Assembly (NCBI GenBank): GCA_002633005.1
Contig: NMRA01000292.1
Coordinates: 143,950 to 207,949 of the forward strand
Length of the DNA stretch: 64,000 nt
Source: Phoronis australis
Lineage: Eukaryota > Animalia > Phoronida
Direction: 5' to 3'
Made by a program: the position numbers and the translations under genes. The number at the start of each line of letters is the position of its first letter. The stretch's first letter is position 1. Positions 37,301 through 50,720 of this stretch are shown here, piece by piece. Below the pieces are notes generated by a model. That model was not told the DNA's origin. It did not search any database and saw nothing but the letters and a program-made list of their open reading frames with translations.

Positions 37301-40300
37301 TATAGGTGGTGCTGCGCACTAATGCCAACCTGTAGTCATCAAGGTAACACATATTCGATTTATACACGAACCCCAGGGCGAATAGAAAATGCTCCAACAA
37401 CTGACTGGTGGAGGCTTTCAGTTTGACGTCTCGTCTGTATCTGTCCCGAGGGTCGCTCTCGTCAGCCCAGATTTCTTGACAAAGTCGCTGTAAGCGAAAA
37501 CCAACTGATGAAAGCATCAAGCACATACAAATGGGGAACTTGATATTTACTGGATGGTGCTCAAAAACAATCCTCTTAAAGGTATATTGAGCATTACATC
37601 GCTGGGAAAAAATGGCCAACTGCAACAAAAAAATAAGAATGAAGTGGTTTGTTAAGCCAAAAGCAACACCTATGAGCTCCATGTTGACCACAGTATAACC
37701 AAAGAAAACAAGCAGTGTTTACTTGCCTTATTTCCTGATTTCATTCTTTTTCAAAAATTATATCGAAACATCTGACATTCGTCATCATGTGAACTGGGAT
37801 GTCCCAAGGTAAAAAGGTAATAGACATATTACCTAACAGCACTCAATATATATCTTTAATGCTTAACAGAAAAGAGTGAGAACAGAAATCTGCTCAGTTG
37901 CATACGGACACTTAAGGGAAGGCCCCAAAACATCCTTTTTTATAGATGTGTGTGCACCCTAAACCTAATCCAGAATCCTGGAAGCGTTACGCAGACGGTC
38001 GTCTACTCGGCAAGCTAGCAGTTGATTTTGGATAGATGCCACCTGTTTGCTCAAAACTATGATAGCTCAACTTCTGACTGCTTGAAATACTACCAAAATG
38101 AAGAGATCTTTACATCATATATCTACATCTACAAGAAGTCCTTTTCGGGATGACTGCAATCATTTACGTATATGATGTCTTGCGCTATGTCATTGAGTAC
38201 CAAAGAGTAAGCAATTACAAACTGCTAGGAATGTCATTTCAATAGTGCTACCTAGATTGCCTTCTAAAGAGTTGAACAGCCATCTTTTCATGAACAAGGG
38301 CTTGGTCTCATGCTCACATAATAAACTTGTGGCCAGGTGCAGCCATAATGACACACATATTGAGCATAATGACAGACATATTGAGCATAATGACACACAT
38401 ATTGACCATTTTCTAATCATCATGTTGCATTTAGTAAATCGAGAGTAACTGTTTCTAAGTTTCTAAAAATATCTGAGATTTTTGAAACTCCAGAAGTTCA
38501 AGATCAGGTTCGAATTCTATAGAAGTAGCAAACCGAATAACAATTAGATCAAGATAACACCATTTTAGAGTCACAGTTCTGGAATAATACAACAATCTGA
38601 TTGAAATTTTATGTAATGCAGAACACGATGCTTACTCCTAGAACTTCGTAATCTTTGTAAGGAAGACACATCAAATGTAAAACGATGACTTCTGTGTTGA
38701 ATGAAATACATAGATAAAATGCCTAACTAGAAAATGCTATGAAAAATGTGTAACATAATTTTAACTAAACTCTCAAGTAGGGTATTGAAAGACAGAGGGA
38801 ACATTAGGCAATTACATACGCCAAATGCAGGAAATTCAGCAGGCCCTAGGCCCATGTAGTTGAGTCTGGCCAACATATCTTGACCACTCCAGTGCTGTGC
38901 CGACTGTTCAAAACTCTGCCGCTCCAGTGTCGTACTATTGATGTCAATAAAGCTAACGATCTTAGCAATCTGAAATGGACGAGAGTAGTGTGAGGCGGGT
39001 GAGACGGGAGACAGCAGCAAGTGCGAGGAATTAGGGTGAGAAGGAGACAGCAGCAAGTTAAAAGCAGCAATTATTACACACAGGTGGATTTATGTAGAAC
39101 TGGACAAGATGTAGCTGAAACTACAGCAAGGGAATAAGCACAAAATTGGCTGGAAAATAGTACTGTTATAGTTATTGTCTATGTACCAGAGATTTCCATA
39201 CAGTAAATCCCATACAGTAACTCCAGTCAAATATAAGCCCAGTAGGTGTATACAACAAATGTTTCCAAAAACATTCCCAGGGTGTGTTTCTGGGAAACAA
39301 TAGGGGTGGTTAAAGATCCAGTCTCATTAAATAGTGATATGCTAATGAAGTACTAATTTACAGACAACCCCGGGTCCTCCAGTGTGCTAAAAACCATTCA
39401 AGAACTTGTTACCATTACAATCTCACAAAAGTCTTGTTTTGCGCAACTATTTTTATGTAAATCAGTATGGTAATATTTCTTCGTTACCCTAATTAAACAA
39501 GGCACAATTTTTATTATCTGTTTAGTTCACTATCAAATAACGATTGTATAATATTTGTAATTACTAGGGTTTTTTATAATGTTCACACTAACTTGTTTTT
39601 AAGTGTGTTTTCTTTAAAACTGCAATTTCTTTACAAATTGTTTATTTTTTACACCTGTACACACAGTTCTCCAGGAAATCACTACGTAGCGCTTGCCACA
39701 AATTTAAATATTCAGGGTTTTATTGAGACATAGCATCTTTAAACCCTAAAACTTTCCGCACCAAAACCTTAATTAAAACTGAATTCTCAATCTGCTGTTA
39801 ATAAATGGTCAAGTGAAGGTGTATTACTCAGGCTGGTTGCTAAGGGCAACTTACAATATCAGCCAGCTGCTGGTGTTCTCGTGGTTTCTGGCCTCGATTG
39901 ACTGAAAAAGAATGTTTTCCACTTCAAGATGAAGGTAGCACAATCCACAAATTAAACCAAATTGACAAGTAAAATAACATGGCAGTTACCAACGGCCTAG
40001 TAAAGGTGAGGTTTGAAATAAATGAGTTGAAAATCAGTTAAATAAGGGTTACTCAATAAAACCACTCAAACACCAAATTTCAAGTAGCTAATGTGGTGCT
40101 GTGTCTTTCTAGCAGAGCTTGTGGAGAAAAAAGACACAGTTTAAATACATGAACAGCTTAGCGGTTTGACAAAGATTATCATACAACGACACAAATAGAT
40201 TAAACAAGATCTACAATTGGATTCAAGTTTGCTAGCAAATACGGCAAAACTCGCTCAAATCTCTGCTTAAAGCAATTATATTAAAGTTGTGTTTTTCGTC

Positions 40301-43300
40301 AACAAAGTTTTTTGATTGATGCCACTTACCATTATAAAATTGGTTTTGCTTTGTTCCTTACTTAGTTTAGAAATGGTATTTAGGCTCGCTAAAAGCTGAT
40401 AGTTCGGTGTTTCTTCACACCGAGCTCATGAACTGTCAGTTCTAATCTTTCCAAGTCTAGAAATCACAGCTACTTTGACTAAGGAACAATTTCATAACAG
40501 CAGGTTGACTAAACCAAAACCACCGCTTTAACTCCCAACTTCCCCAGTGCAGAGGCTCTACTTTAGGATAATTTGGATTTTGCTTCACTCTGATAAAATC
40601 TCTTGGTTCAGTCGCATCTAATTTAAAAGTTTTTTTCTTTTTGTTGTCAAACCTTACTCATGTTCTCCAAATCCGTCTTGGCTTCATCCAACTGCGTCAT
40701 GGTGAATTTGAAGCTGGCTGCCTCGCGCGCACTGTCCTCAATATTGTGAGCCTCGTCTAGGATGATGACGCACTCCTTCAGACAAATCTCCATCTATTAG
40801 AGAGAAATCATAAAAGTAAAGACACAGCACGCAACATCAATATTCCAAGTGGAACTTAAGTAATGTTTTAAGACAAATCAAGCTTACGTATTTTACAATT
40901 ACGTTAATTCGTCACTTACTAGTACTCAGTACAAGACATGACCGGCCAGTGTCATTCTATCTCGATACATTTCTCCACAAAAACAAATTTGAAAATTTGA
41001 AGTCTATTTCTAGCACAATTTTCAGTGTGTGGAAGTCAAAAGCAACATTTGGTAAAGTTTCCATTATTTCCAGCATTTGAAAAAAATTTTGTGGAGAATT
41101 ACTGCAAGATACAATTTCAGAGCTTCGAGACTATTGGTGACAGTCAGGTTCTTTGTCGGTGTCTATTTTTGGGCCCAGTGCAGCTAACATACCTGACTGC
41201 GGACAATGGGGTCAATCAGGTAATTATACGGGCAGAACACGATGTCAGCACCCTCTCTTATTTGGTTGGTAACATAGTAAGGGCAAGCCTGCAAAGAAGA
41301 CATTTCGTAATGTCAGGCACGGCCAGTTGTAATTAAAATAACCAAAAACTAATTGTATTACAAAGAACAACAAGTTTTGTATAAAAATTGACAACTTAAC
41401 AATTACAACTAAGACTTTAAGACCATTTCATCAAGGAGGCACATTTACATATATTTATGCTGCAACGGTAGTTCGGATTTGTCGTCCTTTAGGCAATAAA
41501 TTGATCATTTAAAGGAAACGTTTTGACCAAAAAGCAGTGCTCACAGCTTCTTGTAGTATATTTACCTTCTTCTTGCTGCACGCTGACACAAATTCCTCAA
41601 TGTCAAAAGCAGGATCCAGGTCAACATCTTTCAGTGACTCATGGGTTGGAAGCTTGCGGGCATGCTCAAAATGGCTGCATCCACCAACCTGAAAACAACA
41701 AGTATATCACATGGTAATGGCCAAGTCACACAACAAACTCTTACATTTTCAGTATGTGAAACATGATGAGCTGCGGCATACGACACAATTGCACGTTAAA
41801 AATACTATGGCTCACAGTAATATGCATTAAAAACCTCAGTCTTTACTTCCAAATTATCAGAAAGTCAACGTTATCATTAATATTTAAAGCGTCACTCATT
41901 TTTTACAAACTGTTCTTCAACTTTGCAGACCAATTATTGGAGGAGACAGTGTGGCTTAGTGGTTTGAGTTCCGTACTCCCGTATGGGAGAACTGGATTTG
42001 AATCCTGGCTTTACTGGCACACAATTGAGCATTGCACAAAGGTGTCCCCTACTCCTTTGACATTGGTCTTAGTTGGGAATGTACGCAAGGGAGTGAATGA
42101 AAAGAAAAAAAAAATCGTAATGATGTTTAGTATACCACATATAACCGTTAAGTCATATCAGGTCAAATATCATGACTTGCTTAACTGATAACATAGTAAA
42201 CGTATGGATATCCAAACTCTAGAAAGTATGCGTTATCAATTGGAATTAAGACACCATGTTCAAGGTACAAGCCAAAAGAAAACAAACGAAACGACACATT
42301 ATTCTGCGTCGTAACAAAATTCCAAGCATTAATGGTTGAATGGAAACGGAATTGACCATCATAATAGACATCCGTCAAGACGTGTCATTTAATGGAAAGC
42401 TAATAGAATGGAAAAGCTCTTTACTCTTCCTATACTTTGGATATAATCAATCGTAAACAAATCTGCTGATATCTTTATACTGATGCGCCGCATGATAAGC
42501 GCAGATGAGCAACTACAGAGTTGTAGTGGCAGGAATCAGTCATATACTAAGGTTAAAGATCTGCCAAGAGCTATTGAAAAACAAAATTTTGAGTGTTCCA
42601 AAAATATAGTAAATGTTCACAGCTGTCACTGCAGCATCAAAAATTTTAGCACTATAATGGTAAATAAATACAGTTATGAGGAGACATTATGGCTCAGTGG
42701 TTTGAGCTCCGGACTGGTGTTTCGGAGACCTGGGTTCAAATCCTGGCTTCACTGGCTGACAACAAAGCATTGCACACAGGTGTCTGCTACTCCTCTGAAC
42801 TCCGTCTTACCAGTGAATGTACGCAAGGGAGTGAATGAGAACCTGGATATAATGCGTTCACCAAAGTTTTCGTATTAAAATAATTCACATTAATTTCATT
42901 TTCAATTCAATGGGTTACCTCTCTCGCATTTCGACACTCTTCGTTTTTATTTGCAAGTTGAGAAATATGTCTGTGAATACACGTGTGTTCTCGACTGGCC
43001 AAAATGCACATCCTGGAAAATCAAAAGAACTGTTGATAAAAACAGACATCTAAATGTCCCTGACTGAAGATTCAATATATGTCACGTAAAATTACCAATA
43101 CTTTTGTGATGTGCACTAACTATATATCCAGCAAGTAATTGTATTTTAAGTCTGCATTTCGCATTGTTTAGCTAGCTAAAAACGAAAATCAAATTAGGTC
43201 CTTTACTATCACAAATCAGTCTTACCATCTGTTAGAGTATGATCTCATATCCGAGTGAGTGCATGTGTAGGAGTAGTTCAGAGAATTAAGTATTATGTAA

Positions 43301-46300
43301 TACACCCCCAACATGAGGAATTATAGTAAACATGTTTGTTCACTAAATCCTGTTATGTTTCATGTATGTCACTATATAAGTGTATGATCGCATGGATTGT
43401 AACAGACTCAGTAGTATCAGTAGAAGAGTATGTAATAAAACTATTATCCTCCTTCAGACTAGTATTATCCTTGGACCGCGTTCTCGCACTGTGTCGCGCA
43501 TTCAACGTTCCTAACCGAACAGAATGCCTTTCACTGCTAGCACATCAACACCATCATAGTATTCTATTAGTTACCAACTTATAAGTCACAGGCAATGCAT
43601 ACATATGCCATTTTCGAATTCGCAATTTTAGGATTGGCCAAAACCAATAAACTCTAAAGCGTTTCCTTGAGTCTGACGATTTCGATGTTTTGTTGGGAAC
43701 AAAAACAGAATTCTATCACAGCACAGCTCGACGCTTAGCATAACCTTAAAGTCGCCAAATTCAGACTGGCAAAATTCCCAAGTTACTAAACAGGAGCTGA
43801 AGTCGCCAAGGAAACCTTGTTCAGGGGGCTGCAAAACGGAACATTAGGAGTGTCTTGCATGCTCAGTAACGGCCAATTTCCCTTTTTGGGTCCCATACCC
43901 CTCGCAGTCTTACCTTCTAAAACACGTCAAGACGATCAAGTCATGTTATCTATGCATGACAAATATCTGGGGGCTTCCAGTTTCTGCCGAGCGATTCCGA
44001 CTTCCTGTCTATTTACTTCCTGTTGTATTTTGAGTGGGGGCTAGGATGTATGCCTGGTGGCTTTGTGGTGACCTGAGATTGTTATCAGGTCACCACACAA
44101 AATATGAGGTCGCATTGGATAACCACATGTCGCCAATTTGACTTTCGTTTTTTCACCAGCTAAACAGGGTGAAATACCGCTTTAAGAAATCTCAATTACT
44201 CATGCGTTGCAAGGAAGATTAAAAAACTTCGGAAGGGAAAATGTTTCACATTATGACTAAAAAATAAAATAATAATACAAGTCGGACAACAATCAAAAAA
44301 ATTACTACTAACTCAACTTACTGAATAGCATGCAAAGAATAATTACAATTGTAAGCCCTGATGTTAGAAGACAATGGCTGCACTAGATTAATTTTGCCCA
44401 TTTTGTTAGGTCAACGTGGACAGACATGTGATTGGTTCTCGATGACTACTTCTGGCTCACAGACCAATCACAAGTATTAGCTGGCAGGACCAGCTAAGCA
44501 GGACCAGCTAAGCCAGTCAAGTACAGCCAATATATCTTCAATGAATTCTTTGCGACATCACTAGGCTGATGACAGATGAAACAAAAAGTAATTAATAGAA
44601 AACCAAGACCATGCTGGTTAGGTATTCAAGCAGCAAAAAAGCAATATGCAATCTCAGAAACAGACTATGAACATTGTGTACCTTTTGTTCTTGTAGGCAG
44701 TTTTCTTCAGTTCGCGAATGATCTGCGCAATTTGTTTATGAGTCCGTGTTCCAAAGTATATCTTAGGTACGCTGAAATAGAATTGTAGATGGCTAAACAG
44801 TAAAATTCACCTTGCTATAGACTCAGTGTTTCAGTTAACGCAGAAATTTTAACTAGAACGGAGACGCTAAAGGTTTAGGCTTTAAAGGATTAAAATAACT
44901 TGCTCTTCTAAACAGTTTACCTTCTTAAGTGGTTTGTTTAACAAAACAGTTTTACCACTGCCACCATAAGATACCAAAACTGCTGTAATACTGCTCTAAT
45001 AAAGGTGCCAATAACGATCATTGAATGTCAATGAACCACTTTTTTACACATTTTCGATATTCCAAACATCAACAGCCTTTAGTTGAATACATGCATCAGG
45101 CAACAAATTACAGCAAAATTTCACCAATTTAGGACAGACAGATGACATTCTAGTCAATACTCATTGTTCATAAATGATTTACAGAACCAGAATGATGCGT
45201 TATCATATCTATGTTCTACGCCACAGCAACAAACAGAAAATATTTTGAACTATTAACTGTGGGCATCCACAACAAGGTTAGAAGCCTACCAAAATGAGAA
45301 AGGTCAATTCTGGCAATCATTTTTGTCTGAACCATCATTATCAAAATCACGACTTGTAAAACTGCTGAGACAGGTGAAAAAATCTAGTGATAAGTTGTGA
45401 TTACCGAGATTTATTTTGATCCTTCTTGATAGCCGCCTTCTCAGTACAGTCACATGATGTACAGTTTGCCTTTTTTTTCGTCTCCACTTGGTTGGCACAA
45501 TTACTGACGTGAGCATTAGTAAGCAGCATCTGCCATCTAGTGGTGGGAGACTCGCCGCCATCAACGCTGGCAACTGAGGTGTCTGCGTCATCTTCGTAAC
45601 GGATGCCAAGGTGTGCCCGTTTCTTTTTGTTTGGCTTGAAAACATTAAAAATTATTCAAAATTTTTGACTTTTGAGCACACTTGTTGAATAGATATTTGC
45701 AATTATGCGGGGAAGTCAGTTTTAATTGCTACAATCATGAACAGTAATAAGACAAAATGACCCAAATTCCATTCGCAATGACCTGGAATGGGAGACTTTA
45801 AAATAGCAACGTGATGACTGATCACATGGGATGGATACCAGTGGCCTCTACAGGATGAGAAGGCACTTTATAACTTTTGTTTAAAATATATTAATTTTAA
45901 TCCCATACATTGTAAAAGAGGTCTGTTCACGAAGTCAAACTGCTCCCCTATGCCATCTGCTGCCAAGACAAAGTAACTCCTAGTACAGCTAGGAGGACAT
46001 GTGAGTCACTGGTCCCACAGAATCAGACACTATTGCTTCAAGAGTCTCCCATTATGGACAATTCATCAGAAAGTTAGAACTGTTCTCGAAAATGGGATTT
46101 TGAAGGAATTACAACTCATGACACCTCCATAAAAAGAACGGTATTTTGCTCTGATACCTTAGGCACGCATTTAAAATGATAGGAAGTGACAGAAACCCAC
46201 TAGTGGTTTAATTACCAAGAACTTTGCTTATTGCCCACTGAAGCTAAAGTATGAGAAAGAACACAAATTTACGTCAATTATGAAATGAATATTCAGCTTA

Positions 46301-48723
46301 TACAACACATACAGCGGAGGTCTTGAAGGATTTGTTGGCTGGTTTGAAATCATCGTCGGAATCTTTCTCGGCATCCTTGCTAGCGGCCTCTATGGGAGAG
46401 AAATCAAGACAAAACTTAGAATCCACAGAATAAGAAATATAAAACAGGAAATGTATTGAGAAATGTACCTTGCGGTCCTTATAATTTTCCGTTGATGGTT
46501 TCAAAACAACAATTTCACAGAAACCAAATGCAATGCACAAATTTGTTTCCTACACAATTTGTTTTAACTCATTTCAAATCTGAACGACTGTGTTTGTATT
46601 AAACAGAGCAGATAAAATGTGCAGTGAAACTGACAGTTTCTTAAATTATCCGGATAAGAACCTATCACTGTGGACGTAGCTTCAACACCACTGGCATGGA
46701 CAGGATTCATTGCAAGGTCTGGTTTAGCTGATCCCAAGCCTGAGTCTGCACTAGTTGAAGCGCCATCTGTTTGTGGCCTGTGACAAGCACAACAGCAATC
46801 AGCAGAGGACGTTCCATTCATTTCTTCCTGGGCCGCTTTTTCTGAAGCACATAAAACAGGCTTGTCATATTGGGTTTTACAATTCAGAAAAGGTACAAGC
46901 TATTTCACAGCTTAAATTTCAATATAACCCAATGGCACACTTATTTTTTACACTGGTCTCAAAAACTAAGTAAACTAGATATTTTATAGCTGAGATCTTT
47001 GTTGTTCAGACCAAAAAATAAAAAAATCGAAATATAAGGTTTCCTAAACCATAGATCAGTGGTCACTTTTTTTGTGAAGTCTAGCCATACAATGAAAAAG
47101 TCAGTCATCAAAATTGTTGTAACAAAAGACAAGCATCTTCAAGAAAGAATAAAATTAGATGTGAGACTTCAAACAACTAGATTATGAATTACGTAGAGTA
47201 ATTTTTATTGGATGATGCAGAACTTACAATAGGTGATTTTGGCTAATTAAGAAACATTTATCCCCATTCTTAAAGAATGAAAATTAAGGCATAAGCGCGT
47301 TTGCAGATATCATTATTAACTTGGGGCGTCAAACAATGATCAGTGTCGAATGTTTTCATTTAATACTGGGACTGTCACAAAAATTGAGTCATGAAACACA
47401 ACAAGTTAACATTCTTGTTATCTAGAGGACAAAATGGAGCTCATAGGCTTAATAAACTTCTCTCTAATTTTATCTTACTTTAAAATTGAAACTCAATAAA
47501 ACGTTAAAAGAAAATAGTACAATGCCAAGAAAGAAAGACCGTCACAAACTCCCAAAATAAGCGAGCTCATATTTAATTGAGCCTAGCAATTAAGCCCGAC
47601 ATAATGGTTAGTATCTTCACATTTCAGTGACTTCCATCACATACCATATTGAGAGGACTGCCATGCCAGGGCAGCGCACAACAAAGCCAAACTCTTCCCA
47701 CTTCCTGTTGGACTCTCCAGGAGACAATTCTCTTTCTTGTCAAGTCCCTGAATCATCTGCTCACCAAATATGCATCAAGTTACACATGATTTTCAACACA
47801 CTAAGGCATACTGTACCATACAGTAGTGACACCTAGAGTTAGGTAATGGAAGCAGCCAGTCAAGCACTGCCAACCCAACTAACTATATACAGTGCTCGCC
47901 ACTTGACAAGTCGCATTTGATGTATACTGACTGCAGAGGGTGCCAAATGCACTGATTTCAAGAAATAAATGGAACAATTGTGAACCAAAAATATTAAATC
48001 TGAGAAAAGTGTAAGTAATTTAAACTTTTGAGGTAATTATTGTACGACTTCGATATTAGCTGTGGAGACTTTGCGGCCAAACAGGTCGCCAAACATAATC
48101 TGAGGTCGCATTGGTGATCTGCAGGTCGCCAAATCCAGCACTGTACTTGTCGAGACCTGAATAGACTCTACAGCACCGTAAAATCTCACTGATTAAAGAT
48201 ACAGAGCAGAAAAATAATTCTTTGCTATGTTCACACTGCATACCATACCTACCATGAATGAATATTTTAAAAAAATTGTGGACATTCACAATAATACAGG
48301 ACTTTGGAAAATGAAGATTTGTCCAAAAGTGGCAAGATGATACTTCAAACATAGAAAGCAATGATAGGTCACAACAACAAGCACACGACACATCATCACA
48401 CAATGATGGGCCACAACAACAAACACACAACACATCATAAAGCAATGATAGGCCACAACAACAAGCACACGACACATCATAAAACGATGATAGGCCAACA
48501 GAATAAGCACATGACACATCATAACACAAGTGACCTATAGGTCAAAAGTAAGGATTGGGTTCTTAAAATGTTAAGGGCAACCCACAAACTCCTCTTCATC
48601 ATATAATTCATGAAAAATAAATACCCGTGAAATCATGGACAGTTGAGTCCCGTAAGCCTTGTACGGAAAGTGGACATCGATGCCTCCTATTGAGTAAACC
48701 TGACCACCCTGTGGACTCGTCAT
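19163..48723 (-). CDS. BRIP1: Fanconi anemia group J DNA helicase (FANCJ/BRIP1/BACH1). Coding exons 5'->3': 48723-48625, 47756-47645, 46841-46662, 46389-46313, 45634-45405, 44771-44682, 43012-42919, 41688-41566, 41288-41193, 40793-40658, 39901-39855, 38969-38820, 37487-37287, 36861-36775, 36404-36264, 35154-35035, 34606-34535, 34035-33912, 32975-32866, 29548-29385, 28783-28601, 27149-27044, 26596-25313, then inferred 24995-24938, 21555-21412, 20875-20727, 19183-19163 (an unspliced read-through would stop at 25301)
   Basis: N-terminus [21 protein letters not shown] (Q motif); Walker [12 protein letters not shown]; [15 protein letters not shown]; Fe-S cysteines ([23 protein letters not shown]); [14 protein letters not shown]; [11 protein letters not shown]; FWCMNPAV; [11 protein letters not shown]; GVLCFFPSY; [13 protein letters not shown]; VGIPFPN; [20 protein letters not shown]; [12 protein letters not shown]; LSKWVR. 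All listed junctions are phase-compatible. The core is high confidence; the last four exons are moderate. Confidence 0.93.
19544..20011. repeat. Minisatellite, 42-bp unit, ~11 copies
   Basis: Unit GACAAGTCAACTTACAGTGCATCAAGTCTGACCTCAAGTAAT in tandem; produces the 14-aa periodic ORFs on both strands. Confidence 0.93.
22328..22498. repeat. Minisatellite, ~29-30-bp unit, ~6 copies
   Basis: AGGTCCCGATCATGTACATCTGCCCC(A/C)RG repeated. Confidence 0.9.
22502..24927. mobile_element. Possible old ~2.4-kb DNA transposon relic in a BRIP1 intron
   Basis: The motif (TA)CGTCCGTCAC or a close variant recurs near both ends (~22630, 22823, 24557, 24749, 24899). The imperfect inverted ends are TACGGGTATTTCA / TGGAATTGCCCCTA. 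No intact ORF. Confidence 0.35.
28373..28660. repeat. ~74-bp diverged tandem repeat (4 units) built from a BRIP1 exon end plus its 5' splice site
   Basis: Units begin at (a/t)(c/t)tcacc at 28373, 28446, 28521 and 28595. The last unit is the real exon 3' end and donor; the others are progressively more diverged. Confidence 0.8.
29868..30418. mobile_element. Copy of a dispersed hAT-like MITE family (related segments near 43620-44165 and 47890-48143)
   Basis: Shared segments CAAGTCGCATTTG (29869, 47908) and TGAGGT(T/C)GCATTGG...GCAGGT(G/C)GC(A/C)AAAT (30376, 48100; partial at 44105). The 47890-48143 copy has CAGTGCT...AGCACTG termini. Confidence 0.5.
30495..32756 (+). mobile_element. Ty1/copia LTR retrotransposon (GalEa-like), defective, antisense in a BRIP1 intron
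   Basis: 232-bp LTRs at 30495-30726 and 32525-32756 (TG...CA, one mismatch seen). 5-bp TSD CCTCC at 30490-30494 and 32757-32761. PBS TGGTAGCAGAGCAAGGTT at 30727-30744; PPT ~32501-32520. Internal gag/protease/pre-integrase/RNase H coding. Confidence 0.95.
30748..32433 (+). pseudogene. Disrupted gag-pol of the copia element
   Basis: Gag (WKQEIELW...[11 protein letters not shown]), CCHC knuckle [14 protein letters not shown], protease [13 protein letters not shown], integrase Zn finger HCQFGH...CDTC, RNase H end TDCKSL...QLADCLTK. Lesions: +1 frameshift near 31219 and in-frame TAG at 31946-31948. The integrase core and RT are absent at the N at 32152. Confidence 0.9.
33640..33713 (-). mobile_element. 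Degenerate tRNA-derived SINE head
   Basis: Minus strand reads GGCCCCAATAGCTTAGTGGACTAGAGCA... (A-box-like) and ...GTTTGAGCCCAGGTCGGGA (B-box-like); no proper cloverleaf. Confidence 0.45.
34261..34320. repeat. (AAT)n microsatellite
   Basis: About 20 AAT units, directly visible. Confidence 0.97.
38343..38406. repeat. 21-bp tandem repeat, 3 copies
   Basis: CATAATGACA(C/G)ACATATTGA(G/C) repeated three times. Confidence 0.85.
41940..42100 (+). mobile_element. tRNA-derived SINE copy 1
   Basis: GAGGAGACAGTGTGGCTTAGTGG (A box) ... GGATTTGAATCC (B-box-like) ... GAATGTACGCAAGGGAGTGAATGA followed by an A-rich tail; homologous to 42678-42838. Confidence 0.7.
42678..42838 (+). mobile_element. tRNA-derived SINE copy 2
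   Basis: GAGGAGACATTATGGCTCAGTGG ... GGGTTCAAATCC ... GAATGTACGCAAGGGAGTGAATGA; colinear with copy 1. Confidence 0.7.
48358..48526. repeat. Minisatellite, ~41-bp unit, ~4 copies
   Basis: AATGATAGGCCACAACAACAAGCACACGACACATCAT-like unit repeated; explains the Cys-rich ORFs at 48056-48529. Confidence 0.88.
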
Positions 48724-49630
48724 GGTGTCTGGAACAAAGTGAATTTACGAAATTATATACCATATAAGGCAACTAGGTCTCTAGTAGATGTGCCTTTCTC
48801 AGCATTTTTTTATATATAAATTCATTGTGACCATCATACCTTCAAATTGTCACTGGCTGCGATGTGGCATTTTCAAATGATTCACACAAAAATAGCAAAC
48901 GCCTGAAAAGGTCTGTTCATGAAAGAAATTGCATTTCGTACCGGTCAACTCGGCCCACTTTCCACACCAGGATTAGAAATAGGTCAAGCCAAAGACGCTT
49001 TTGTACTTTCACAACACTAAAGAGTTATATTTGGAAAGTTTCCCACTGAGCTTTAAACCCCATGGCTCCTATCTCATGAACTCGTGGCGAAAACATGAAT
49101 GAGCCAAGATTTCTGTAACTACGGTCCAACAATCATTGCAATGTTTTGTTTAGAATGTTAACAATATAGCATACAAACTCCTAAGCACCGGTTTCACCTA
49201 ATGTATTTAGTCCACCCTGTTATAACATTTCAAAGGTTGTTGATGTACATTGTACCAAGGTTCAACAACAATGTAATTAATTCAAACAATTTAGGAACAA
49301 CTGCATTATTTAAAAAAGAACACCTAACATCAGCTTGCAAAAAGTTGTAACTGATGTTCAGCCAATAAACACAAAAATTTAAGTCAAACTAGTGTCATAA
49401 AATATTTCTCTATCCCAAATCTATTTTTGGTCTTCGCCAAGAATCAAACCTGTGATGCGACACACTTGCCAAAACTGCCAATGTAACTGGATGGAAAGGG
49501 GACCTACGAGAAAGTTAAGTTTAGGACACAGAAGAATTCAGAGAAATTCTTGGCAAGGCCCCCAACAAGTGACAAGCAGAACTAACAGGGGGTGGGAAAT
49601 TGCAAGGTCTATGTCAAGTTAACACACAGG

Positions 49631-50145
49631 CAGTGACCACCGTCTCAACCGGTGTTCGAGATGGTGAAGCTTTTCGTCTAATTGCATCAAAGTCATGTTG
49701 CAATAAGTACCTGTTGCGCAAAGAGGAACACCTTAGGAGGCCGACAATGTTTTCAATTCCTTTCTTACTTTCAAGAACAAATACTCCTGTAATCAAAATT
49801 TTTTTTCGAGCACCCCTTCGTTCAGTAGCTCAAATTAGAAAAAGGCTATTTTTAACAATGCCTGTGCCAGGTAATACAATGTTATATCTCCTAGTGCACG
49901 AAGTGTAAAAATTGCCAGTTGCCAATTTAGGCGACTGAAAAAAGACTGCTTGAAAAAAGTTTGATTATTTGTTCCAGTTGGAAGGAATTAAAGATACTGA
50001 TGGCCTCCTAAGGTGTCCCTATGCACAACAGGTGTTTATAGCAACGTGACTTTGATATTTTAACCAGTGTGAGGAGCAATTCTGGTATATTCAGTGCCTA
50101 CAGGAGCTTCACCGTCTCGAAGGCCGGTCGAGATGGTGGTCACTG
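49631..50145. mobile_element. ~515-bp MITE with ~40-bp imperfect TIRs (CAG ends, hAT-like)
   Basis: Left CAGTGACCACCGTCTCAACCGGTGTTCGAGATGGTGAAGCT; right AGCTTCACCGTCTCGAAGGCCGGTCGAGATGGTGGTCACTG. TAACACACA occurs on both flanks, but the left copy is offset by 2 nt. Confidence 0.65.
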
Positions 50146-50683
50146 TAACACACAATAAATGGTTCCTACTTGTATTTTGACCTTAGTCTTCAGCACCACC
50201 ATCTCAACTGTAGTGTAAACAACCTACTAAATTCAGGCAGAAAGAAAATTATTTCTAACAGTATATTTTGATTTATCAAGTTGCTCACTAGCACTTTCAG
50301 TTTTTATTAAACAGCGACCACTGACTCTAGCTGGCCAGTAGAGACAATCAAGTTACTGGGCCAGCTAAAGACATCTGTCCTAGCTTAGGACTAGGGCCCG
50401 GTCTCCAATCTCCATACTCAGACTCAGACTCATACTCTCCCGAAAATGTCTTAAGAAATTTGTAACAGCTTATCACATCAAAGAACCCCCGTTCTCTCTT
50501 GCTAATTTAGTCTTGACGTAGAACCCATTGCTGTTTAGGCCTACGCTGACGTCAAAATTTTGATACTGTATCTTCGTATTTTACCGGGATGTATCAAGTT
50601 AGCTGACATTTGGCACGTGAGTTAAATCACTATATACAGGCATTCAGAGTTCATCACTGAACGGGACGAGACGTCTACGGTAC

Positions 50684-50720
50684 CAGGAATAGATAACCAG
50701 GACCTGGTTATCTCTTCCTG
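50684..50720. mobile_element. 37-bp palindrome with 7-bp flanking direct repeat (candidate transposon excision footprint)
   Basis: ACGGTAC-CAGGAATAGATAACCAGG-A-CCTGGTTATCTCTTCCTG-ACGGTAC. Confidence 0.65.

Noticed and set aside
41940-42838. tRNA-like sequences here, at 33640-33713 and at ~63125-63195 as tRNA genes
   Set aside because: A/B-box remnants are present, but there is no intact cloverleaf; the two + strand copies share a non-tRNA body, consistent with SINEs.
48056-48529. Cys-rich 157-aa ORF (metallothionein-like appearance)
   Set aside because: Generated by the ~41-bp tandem repeat in a BRIP1 intron.
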